Below are positions 1-10,300 of a stretch of 64,000 nt of DNA, piece after piece (position 1 is the first letter of the stretch; every line of letters starts with the position of its first letter). Under the pieces are notes generated by a model. That model worked only from the letters and a program-made list of their open reading frames with translations, searched no databases and was not told the origin of the DNA. Made by a program: the position numbers and the translations under genes. Source of the stretch: the human T2T-CHM13v2.0 reference genome, Homo sapiens; NCBI RefSeq assembly GCF_009914755.1, contig NC_060938.1. One strand, given 5' to 3'.

Positions 1-118
1 ACAGAAAGACTGTTTCAAAACTGCTCTGTCAATAGAAAGGTTCAACTCTGTTAGCTGCATGCATATATCCCAAAGAAGATTCTGAGATTGCTTCTGTCTA
101 GTTTTTATGGGAAGATAT

Positions 119-135
119 TTCCCTTTTCACCGTAG
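119..135 (+). promoter_or_regulatory. pJalpha-like box of an A-type monomer
   Basis: TTCCCTTTTCACCGTAG has one mismatch to the pJalpha motif TTCCTTTTYCACCRTAG and lies exactly 171 bp before a CENP-B box. Confidence 0.8.
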
Positions 136-289
136 GCGTCAAGGCGCTCCAAATGTCCACTTCCAGATACTACAAAAAGAGTGTTTCAAACCTACTCTGT
201 GAAAGGGAATATTCAACTCTGTGACTTGAATGCACATATCACAAGGAAGTTTCTGAGAATGCTTCTGTCGAGATTTTATATGAAGATAT

Positions 290-306
290 TCCCGTTTCCA
301 ACGAAA
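290..306 (-). promoter_or_regulatory. CENP-B box, first of four per HOR
   Basis: TCCCGTTTCCAACGAAA, revcomp TTTCGTTGGAAACGGGA, matches the NTTCGNNNNANNCGGGN core. Confidence 0.97.
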
Positions 307-460
307 TCCTGAAATGTATCCAAATATCCCCTTGCAGATTCTACAAAAAGAGTGTTTCAAAACTGCTCTGTAAAAAGAAAGGTTCAACTCTGTTAGTTGA
401 GTACACACATCACAAACAAGTTTCACACAATGCTTCTTTCTAGCTTGTAGGGGAAGATAT

Positions 461-477
461 TCCCTTTATCACCATGG
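461..477 (+). promoter_or_regulatory. Degenerate pJalpha-like box of an A-type monomer
   Basis: TCCCTTTATCACCATGG has three mismatches to the motif, is in the expected register, and contains the NcoI site (472-477). Confidence 0.6.
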
Positions 478-631
478 GCCTCAAACCGTCCGATAAGTCC
501 ACTTCCATATACTACAAAAAGAGCGTTTCAAACCTGCTCTATGAAAGGCAATGTTCAACTCTGTGACTTGAATGCAGACATCACAGAGCAGTTTCTGAGA
601 ATGCTTCTGTCTAGATTTTATAGGAAGATAT

Positions 632-648
632 TCCCGTTTCCAACGAAA
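632..648 (-). promoter_or_regulatory. CENP-B box, second of four per HOR
   Basis: TCCCGTTTCCAACGAAA, 342 bp after the first box; all nine core positions intact. Confidence 0.97.
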
Positions 649-802
649 TCTTCACAGCTATCCAAATATCCACTTGCAGATTCTACAAAAAGAGTGTATC
701 AAAACTGCTCTGTCAAAAGGAAGGTTCTTCTCTGTTAGGTGAGTGCATACGTCATAAAGGAGTTTCTGAGAATGTTTCTGTCTAGTGGTTATGGGAAGAT
801 AT

Positions 803-819
803 TTGCTTTTTCACCGTAG
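803..819 (+). promoter_or_regulatory. pJalpha-like box of an A-type monomer
   Basis: TTGCTTTTTCACCGTAG, one mismatch to the motif. Confidence 0.8.
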
Positions 820-973
820 GCCTCAGAGCGCTCCAAATATCCACTTGCACATACTACAAAAAGAGTGCCTCAAAGCTGCTCTCTGAAACGGAATGTTCAA
901 CTCTATGAGTTGAATGCAAGCATCGCAAAGACGTTTCTGAGAATGCTTCTGTCTAGATTTGATATGAAGATAT

Positions 974-990
974 TCCCGTTTCCAACGAAA
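974..990 (-). promoter_or_regulatory. CENP-B box, third of four per HOR
   Basis: TCCCGTTTCCAACGAAA, 342 bp after the second box. Confidence 0.97.
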
Positions 991-1144
991 TCTTCAAATC
1001 TATCCAAATGTCCACTTGCAGATTCAACAAAAAGTGTTTTTCAGAACTGCTCTATCAAAAGAAAGATCCACCTCTGTTAGCTGAGTTCACACATCACAAA
1101 CAAGTTTATGAGAATGCTTCTGTCTAGTTTTTATTTGAAGATAT

Positions 1145-1161
1145 TTCCTTTCTCACCATAG
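1145..1161 (+). promoter_or_regulatory. pJalpha-like box of an A-type monomer
   Basis: TTCCTTTCTCACCATAG, one mismatch to the motif. Confidence 0.8.
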
Positions 1162-1311
1162 AGCTGAAAGCTGTCCTAATGTTCACTTCCAGATACTACA
1201 GAAAGAGTGTTTCAAAACTGCTGTACGAAAGGGAATGTTCAACTATGTGACTTGAATGCACACATCACAAAGAAGTTTCTGAGGATGCTGCTGTCTACTT
1301 TTTATACGTAA

Positions 1312-1328
1312 TCCCGTTTCCAACGAAA
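1312..1328 (-). promoter_or_regulatory. CENP-B box, fourth of four per HOR (follows the 167-bp step)
   Basis: TCCCGTTTCCAACGAAA, only 338 bp after the third box. It is preceded by TTTATACGTAA rather than TTTATATGAAGATAT, i.e. 4 bp shorter. Confidence 0.97.
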
Positions 1329-4300
1329 TCCTCCAAGCTATCCAAATATCCACTTGCAGATTCCACAGAAAGACTGTTTCAAAACTGCTCTGTCAATAGA
1401 AAGGTTCAACTCTGTTAGCTGCGTGCATATATCCCAAAGAAGATTCTGAGATTGCTTCTGTCTAGTTTTTATGGGAAGATATTTCCCTTTTCACCGTAGG
1501 CGTCAAGGCGCTCCAAATGTCCACTTCCAGATACTACAAAAAGAGTGTTTCAAACCTACTCTGTGAAAGGGAATATTCAACTCTGTGACTTGAATGCACA
1601 TATCACAAAGAAGTTTCTGAGAATGCTTCTGTCGAGATTTTATATGAAGATATTCCCGTTTCCAACGAAATGCTGAAATCTATCCAAATATCCCCTCGCA
1701 GATTCTACAAAAAGAGTGTTTCAAAACTGCTCTGTGAAAAGAAAGGTTCAACTCTGTTAGTTGAGTACACACATCACAAACAAGTTTCACAGAATGCTTC
1801 TTTCTAGCTTGTAGGGGAAGATATTCCCTTTATCACCATGGGCCTCCAACCGTCCGAAACATCCACTTCCATATACTACAAAAAGAGCGTTTCAAACCTG
1901 CTCTATGAAAGGCAATGTTCAACTCTGTGACTTGAATGCAGACATCACAGAGCAGTTTCTGAGAATGCTTCTGTCTAGATTTTATAGGAAGATATTCCCG
2001 TTTCCAACGAAATCTTCACAGCTATCCAAATATCCACTTGCAGATTCTACAAAAAGAGTGTATCAAAACTGCTCTGTCAAAAGGAAGGTTCTTCTCTGTT
2101 AGGTGAGTGCATACGTCATAAAGGAGTTTCTGAGAATGTTTCTGTCTAGTGGTTATGGGAAGATATTTGCTTTTTCACCGTAGGCCTCAGAGCGCTCCAA
2201 ATATCCACTTGCACATACTACAAAAAGAGTGCTTCAAAGCTGCTCTCTGAAACGGAATGTTCAACTCTATGAGTTGAATGCAAACATCACAAAGACGTTT
2301 CTGAGAATGCTTCTGTCTAGATTTGATATGAAGATATTCCCGTTTCCAACGAAATCTTCAAATCTATCCAAATGTCCACTTGCAGATTCAACAAAAAGTG
2401 TTTTTCAGAACTGCTCTATCAAAAGAAAGATCCACCTCTGTTAGCTGAGTTCACACATCACAAACAAGTTTATGAGAATGCTTCTGTCTAGTTTTTATTT
2501 GAAGATATTTCCTTTCTCACCATAGAGCTGAAAGCTGTCCTAATGTTCACTTCCAGATACTACAGAAAGAGTGTTTCAAAACTGCTGTACGAAAGGGAAT
2601 GTTCAACTCTGTGACTTGAATGCACACATCACAAAGAAGTTTCTGAGGATGCTGCTGTCTACTTTTTATACGTAATCCCGTTTCCAACGAAATCCTCCAA
2701 GCTATCCAAATATCCACTTGCAGATTCCACAGAAAGACTGTTTCAAAACTGCTCTGTCAATAGAAAGGTTCAACTCTGTTAGCTGCGTGCATATATCCCA
2801 AAGAAGATTCTGAGATTGCTTCTGTCTAGTTTTTATGGGAAGATATTTCCCTTTTCACCGTAGGCGTCAAGGCGCTCCAAATGTCCACTTCCAGATACTA
2901 CAAAAAGAGTGTTTCAAACCTACTCTGTGAAAGGGAATATTCAACTCTGTGACTTGAATGCACATATCACAAGGAAGTTTCTGAGAATGCTTCTGTCGAG
3001 ATTTTATATGAAGATATTCCCGTTTCCAACGAAATCCTGAAATGTATCCAAATATCCCCTTGCAGATTCTACAAAAAGAGTGTTTCAAAACTGCTCTGTA
3101 AAAAGAAAGGTTCAACTCTGTTAGTTGAGTACACACATCACAAACAAGTTTCACACAATGCTTCTTTCTAGCTTGTAGGGGAAGATATTCCCTTTATCAC
3201 CATGGGCCTCAAACCGTCCGATAAGTCCACTTCCATATACTACAAAAAGAGCGTTTCAAACCTGCTCTATGAAAGGCAATGTTCAACTCTGTGACTTGAA
3301 TGCAGACATCACAGAGCAGTTTCTGAGAATGCTTCTGTCTAGATTTTATAGGAAGATATTCCCGTTTCCAACGAAATCTTCACAGCTATCCAAATATCCA
3401 CTTGCAGATTCTACAAAAAGAGTGTATCAAAACTGCTCTGTCAAAAGGAAGGTTCTTCTCTGTTAGGTGAGTGCATACGTCATAAAGGAGTTTCTGAGAA
3501 TGTTTCTGTCTAGTGGTTATGGGAAGATATTTGCTTTTTCACCGTAGGCCTCAGAGCGCTCCAAATATCCACTTGCACATACTTCAAAAAGAGTGCCTCA
3601 AAGCTGCTCTCTGAAACGGAATGTTCAACTCTATGAGTTGAATGCAAACATCGCAAAGACGTTTCTGAGAATGCTTCTGTCTAGATTTGATATGAAGATA
3701 TTCCCGTTTCCAACGAAATCTTCAAATCTATCCAAATGTCCACTTGCAGATTCAACAAAAAGTGTTTTTCAGAACTGCTCTATCAAAAGAAAGATCCACC
3801 TCTGTTAGCTGAGTTCACACATCACAAACAAGTTTATGAGAATGCTTCTGTCTAGTTTTTATTTGAAGATATTTCCTTTCTCACCATAGAGCTGAAAGCT
3901 GTCCTAATGTTCACTTCCAGATACTACAGAAAGAGTGTTTCAAAACTGCTGTACGAAAGGGAATGTTCAACTATGTGACTTGAATGCACACATCACAAAG
4001 AAGTTTCTGAGGATGCTGCTGTCTACTTTTTATACGTAATCCCGTTTCCAACGAAATCGTCCAAGCTATCCAAATATCCACTTGCAGATTCCACAGAAAG
4101 ACTGTTTCAAAACTGCTCTGTCAATAGAAAGGTTCAACTCTGTTAGCTGCGTGCATATATCCCAAAGAAGATTCTGAGATTGCTTCTGTCTAGTTTTTAT
4201 GGGAAGATATTTCCCTTTTCACCGTAGGCGTCAAGGCGCTCCAAATGTCCACTTCCAGATACTACAAAAAGAGTGTTTCAAACCTACTCTGTGAAAGGGA

Positions 4301-7300
4301 ATATTCAACTCTGTGACTTGAATGCACATATCACAAAGAAGTTTCTGAGAATGCTTCTGTCGAGATTTTATATGAAGATATTCCCGTTTCCAACGAAATG
4401 CTGAAATCTATCCAAATATCCCCTCGCAGATTCTACAAAAAGAGTGTTTCAAAACTGCTCTGTGAAAAGAAAGGTTCAACTCTGTTAGTTGAGTACACAC
4501 ATCACAAACAAGTTTCACAGAATGCTTCTTTCTAGCTTGTAGGGGAAGATATTCCCTTTATCACCATGGGCCTCCAACCGTCCGAAACATCCACTTCCAT
4601 ATACTACAAAAAGAGCGTTTCAAACCTGCTCTATGAAAGGCAATGTTCAACTCTGTGACTTGAATGCAGACATCACAGAGCAGTTTCTGAGAATGCTTCT
4701 GTCTAGATTTTATAGGAAGATATTCCCGTTTCCAACGAAATCTTCACAGCTATCCAAATATCCACTTGCAGATTCTACAAAAAGAGTGTATCAAAACTGC
4801 TCTGTCAAAAGGAAGGTTCTTCTCTGTTAGGTGAGTGCATACGTCATAAAGGAGTTTCTGAGAATGTTTCTGTCTAGTGGTTATGGGAAGATATTTGCTT
4901 TTTCACCGTAGGCCTCAGAGCGCTCCAAATATCCACTTGCACATACTACAAAAAGAGTGCTTCAAAGCTGCTCTCTGAAACGGAATGTTCAACTCTATGA
5001 GTTGAATGCAAACATCACAAAGACGTTTCTGAGAATGCTTCTGTCTAGATTTGATATGAAGATATTCCCGTTTCCAACGAAATCTTCAAATCTATCCAAA
5101 TGTCCACTTGCAGATTCAACAAAAAGTGTTTTTCAGAACTGCTCTATCAAAAGAAAGATCCACCTCTGTTAGCTGAGTTCACACATCACAAACAAGTTTA
5201 TGAGAATGCTTCTGTCTAGTTTTTATTTGAAGATATTTCCTTTCTCACCATAGAGCTGAAAGCTGTCCTAATGTTCACTTCCAGATACTACAGAAAGAGT
5301 GTTTCAAAACTGCTGTACGAAAGGGAATGTTCAACTCTGTGACTTGAATGCACACATCACAAAGAAGTTTCTGAGGATGCTGCTGTCTACTTTTTATACG
5401 TAATCCCGTTTCCAACGAAATCCTCCAAGCTATCCAAATATCCACTTGCAGATTCCACAGAAAGACTGTTTCAAAACTGCTCTGTCAATAGAAAGGTTCA
5501 ACTCTGTTAGCTGCGTGCATATATCCCAAAGAAGATTCTGAGATTGCTTCTGTCTAGTTTTTATGGGAAGATATTTCCCTTTTCACCGTAGGCGTCAAGG
5601 CGCTCCAAATGTCCACTTCCAGATACTACAAAAAGAGTGTTTCAAACCTACTCTGTGAAAGGGAATATTCAACTCTGTGACTTGAATGCACATATCACAA
5701 GGAAGTTTCTGAGAATGCTTCTGTCGAGATTTTATATGAAGATATTCCCGTTTCCAACGAAATCCTGAAATGTATCCAAATATCCCCTTGCAGATTCTAC
5801 AAAAAGAGTGTTTCAAAACTGCTCTGTAAAAAGAAAGGTTCAACTCTGTTAGTTGAGTACACACATCACAAACAAGTTTCACACAATGCTTCTTTCTAGC
5901 TTGTAGGGGAAGATATTCCCTTTATCACCATGGGCCTCAAACCGTCCGATAAGTCCACTTCCATATACTACAAAAAGAGCGTTTCAAACCTGCTCTATGA
6001 AAGGCAATGTTCAACTCTGTGACTTGAATGCAGACATCACAGAGCAGTTTCTGAGAATGCTTCTGTCTAGATTTTATAGGAAGATATTCCCGTTTCCAAC
6101 GAAATCTTCACAGCTATCCAAATATCCACTTGCAGATTCTACAAAAAGAGTGTATCAAAACTGCTCTGTCAAAAGGAAGGTTCTTTTCTGTTAGGTGAGT
6201 GCATACGTCATAAAGGAGTTTCTGAGAATGTTTCTGTCTAGTGGTTATGGGAAGATATTTGCTTTTTCACCGTAGGCCTCAGAGCACTCCAAATATCCAC
6301 TTGCACATACTACAAAAAGAGTGCCTCAAAGCTGCTCTCTGAAACGGAATGTTCAACTCTATGAGTTGAATGCAAACATCGCAAAGACGTTTCTGAGAAT
6401 GCTTCTGTCTAGATTTGATATGAAGATATTCCCGTTTCCAACGAAATCTTCAAATCTATCCAAATGTCCACTTGCAGATTCAACAAAAAGTGTTTTTCAG
6501 AACTGCTCTATCAAAAGAAAGATCCACCTCTGTTAGCTGAGTTCACACATCACAAACAAGTTTATGAGAATGCTTCTGTCTAGTTTTTATTTGAAGATAT
6601 TTCCTTTCTCACCATAGAGCTGAAAGCTGTCCTAATGTTCACTTCCAGATACTACAGAAAGAGTGTTTCAAAACTGCTGTACGAAAGGGAATGTTCAACT
6701 CTGTGACTTGAATGCACACATCACAAAGAAGTTTCTGAGGATGCTGCTGTCTACTTTTTATACGTAATCCCGTTTCCAACGAAATCCTCCAAGCTATCCA
6801 AATATCCACTTGCAGATTCCACAGAAAGACTGTTTCAAAACTGCTCTGTCAATAGAAAGGTTCAACTCTGTTAGCTGCGTGCATATATCCCAAAGAAGAT
6901 TCTGAGATTGCTTCTGTCTAGTTTTTATGGGAAGATATTTCCCTTTTCACCGTAGGTGTCAAGGCGCTCCAAATGTCCACTTCCAGATACTACAAAAAGA
7001 GTGTTTCAAACCTACTCTGTGAAAGGGAATATTCAACTCTGTGACTTGAATGCACATATCACAAAGAAGTTTCTGAGAATGCTTCTGTCGAGATTTTATA
7101 TGAAGATATTCCCGTTTCCAACGAAATGCTGAAATCTATCCAAATATCCCCTCGCAGATTCTACAAAAAGAGTGTTTCAAAACTGCTCTGTGAAAAGAAA
7201 GGTTCAACTCTGTTAGTTGAGTACACACATCACAAACAAGTTTCACAGAATGCTTCTTTCTAGCTTGTAGGGGAAGATATTCCCTTTATCACCATGGGCC

Positions 7301-10300
7301 TCCAACCGTCCGAAACATCCACTTCCATATACTACAAAAAGAGCGTTTCAAACCTGCTCTATGAAAGGCAATGTTCAACTCTGTGACTTGAATGCAGACA
7401 TCACAGAGCAGTTTCTGAGAATGCTTCTGTCTAGATTTTATAGGAAGATATTCCCGTTTCCAACGAAATCTTCACAGCTATCCAAATATCCACTTGCAGA
7501 TTCTACAAAAAGAGTGTATCAAAACTGCTCTGTCAAAAGGAAGGTTCTTCTCTGTTAGGTGAGTGCATACGTCATAAAGGAGTTTCTGAGAATGTTTCTG
7601 TCTAGTGGTTATGGGAAGATATTTGCTTTTTCACCGTAGGCCTCAGAGCGCTCCAAATATCCACTTGCACATACTACAAAAAGAGTGCTTCAAAGCTGCT
7701 CTCTGAAACGGAATGTTCAACTCTATGAGTTGAATGCAAACATCACAAAGACGTTTCTGAGAATGCTTCTGTCTAGATTTGATATGAAGATATTCCCGTT
7801 TCCAACGAAATCTTCAAATCTATCCAAATGTCCACTTGCAGATTCAACAAAAAGTGTTTTTCAGAACTGCTCTATCAAAAGAAAGATCCACCTCTGTTAG
7901 CTGAGTTCACACATCACAAACAAGTTTATGAGAATGCTTCTGTCTAGTTTTTATTTGAAGATATTTCCTTTCTCACCATAGAGCTGAAAGCTGTCCTAAT
8001 GTTCACTTCCAGATACTACAGAAAGAGTGTTTCAAAACTGCTGTACGAAAGGGAATGTTCAACTCTGTGACTTGAATGCACACATCACAAAGAAGTTTCT
8101 GAGGATGCTGCTGTCTACTTTTTATACGTAATCCCGTTTCCAACGAAATCCTCCAAGCTATCCAAATATCCACTTGCAGATTCCACAGAAAGACTGTTTC
8201 AAAACTGCTCTGTCAATAGAAAGGTTCAACTCTGTTAGCTGCGTGCATATATCCCAAAGAAGATTCTGAGATTGCTTCTGTCTAGTTTTTATGGGAAGAT
8301 ATTTCCCTTTTCACCGTAGGCGTCAAGGCGCTCCAAATGTCCACTTCCAGATACTACAAAAAGAGTGTTTCAAACCTACTCTGTGAAAGGGAATATTCAA
8401 CTCTGTGACTTGAATGCACATATCACAAGGAAGTTTCTGAGAATGCTTCTGTCGAGATTTTATATGAAGATATTCCCGTTTCCAACGAAATCCTGAAATC
8501 TATCCAAATATCCCCTCGCAGATTCTACAAAAAGAGTGTTTCAAAACTGCTCTGTAAAAAGAAAGGTTCAACTCTGTTAGTTGAGTACACACATCACAAA
8601 CAAGTTTCACACAATGCTTCTTTCTAGCTTGTAGGGGAAGATATTCCCTTTATCACCATGGGCCTCCAACCGTCCGAAACATCCACTTCCATATACTACA
8701 AAAAGAGCGTTTCAAACCTGCTCTATGAAAGGCAATGTTCAACTCTGTGACTTGAATGCAGACATCACAGAGCAGTTTCTGAGAATGCTTCTGTCTAGAT
8801 TTTATAGGAAGATATTCCCGTTTCCAACGAAATCTTCACAGCTATCCAAATATCCACTTGCAGATTCTACAAAAAGAGTGTATCAAAACTGCTCTGTCAA
8901 AAGGAAGGTTCTTCTCTGTTAGGTGAGTGCATACGTCATAAAGGAGTTTCTGAGAATGTTTCTGTCTAGTGGTTATGGGAAGATATTTGCTTTTTCACCG
9001 TAGGCCTCAGAGCGCTCCAAATATCCACTTGCACATACTACAAAAAGAGTGCTTCAAAGCTGCTCTCTGAAACGGAATGTTCAACTCTATGAGTTGAATG
9101 CAAACATCACAAAGACGTTTCTGAGAATGCTTCTGTCTAGATTTGATATGAAGATATTCCCGTTTCCAACGAAATCTTCAAATCTATCCAAATGTCCACT
9201 TGCAGATTCAACAAAAAGTGTTTTTCAGAACTGCTCTATCAAAAGAAAGATCCACCTCTGTTAGCTGAGTTCACACATCACAAACAAGTTTATGAGAATG
9301 CTTCTGTCTAGTTTTTATTTGAAGATATTTCCTTTCTCACCATAGAGCTGAAAGCTGTCCTAATGTTCACTTCCAGATACTACAGAAAGAGTGTTTCAAA
9401 ACTGCTGTACGAAAGGGAATGTTCAACTCTGTGACTTGAATGCACACATCACAAAGAAGTTTCTGAGGATGCTGCTGTCTACTTTTTATACGTAATCCCG
9501 TTTCCAACGAAATCCTCCAAGCTATCCAAATATCCACTTGCAGATTCCACAGAAAGACTGTTTCAAAACTGCTCTGTCAATAGAAAGGTTCAACTCTGTT
9601 AGCTGCGTGCATATATCCCAAAGAAGATTCTGAGATTGCTTCTGTCTAGTTTTTATGGGAAGATATTTCCCTTTTCACCGTAGGCGTCAAGGCGCTCCAA
9701 ATGTCCACTTCCAGATACTACAAAAAGAGTGTTTCAAACCTACTCTGTGAAAGGGAATATTCAACTCTGTGACTTGAATGCACATATCACAAGGAAGTTT
9801 CTGAGAATGCTTCTGTCGAGATTTTATATGAAGATATTCCCGTTTCCAACGAAATCCTGAAATCTATCCAAATATCCCCTTGCAGATTCTACAAAAAGAG
9901 TGTTTCAAAACTGCTCTGTAAAAAGAAAGGTTCAACTCTGTTAGTTGAGTACACACATCACAAACAAGTTTCACACAATGCTTCTTTCTAGCTTGTAGGG
10001 GAAGATATTCCCTTTATCACCATGGGCCTCAAACCGTCCGATAAGTCCACTTCCATATACTACAAAAAGAGCGTTTCAAACCTGCTCTATGAAAGGCAAT
10101 GTTCAACTCTGTGACTTGAATGCAGACATCACAGAGCAGTTTCTGAGAATGCTTCTGTCTAGATTTTATAGGAAGATATTCCCGTTTCCAACGAAATCTT
10201 CACAGCTATCCAAATATCCACTTGCAGATTCTACAAAAAGAGTGTATCAAAACTGCTCTGTCAAAAGGAAGGTTCTTCTCTGTTAGGTGAGTGCATACGT

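Larger units (their letters stand above)
119..1482 (-). repeat. Representative 8-mer HOR unit (four A/B dimers); probable chr14/22 alphaXT (D14Z9/D22Z1-type, SF2)
   Basis: Box-equivalent positions fall at 119, 290, 461, 632, 803, 974, 1145, 1312 and 1483, giving seven 171-bp steps and one 167-bp step (1364 total). Each unit has one TaqI site (TCGA 268-271) and two XbaI sites (610-615, 952-957). The structure is seen directly; the chromosome assignment is inferred from recollection that the 14/22 array is an SF2 8-mer of ~1.36 kb. The confidence value refers to that assignment. Confidence 0.7.
119..8300. repeat. Three tandem copies of a 2728-bp two-HOR super-unit
   Basis: Variant A (CCGTCCGATAAGTCC at ~491, 3221, 5948) alternates with variant B (AAATGCTGAAATCT at ~1670, 4398, 7126). 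The 95-aa minus-strand ORF recurs at 139, 2867 and 5595. Confidence 0.9.

Noticed and set aside
293-303. Mini inverted repeat CGTT-TCC-AACG inside each CENP-B box
   Set aside because: A 4-bp stem is too weak to support a hairpin or cruciform claim, and it is simply part of the known box sequence.
139-426. Cys/His-rich patterns (CDVC, CRIC, CDMC, HSFC) suggesting zinc-finger peptides
   Set aside because: They arise from TGTG- and CAC-rich satellite motifs at the 57-codon monomer period; the spacing is not C2H2-like and there is no sign of coding constraint.
735-746. TAGGTGAGT, a strong splice-donor-like motif once per HOR
   Set aside because: There is no exon or promoter context; a short match in a repeat unit is expected by chance and there is no transcript evidence.
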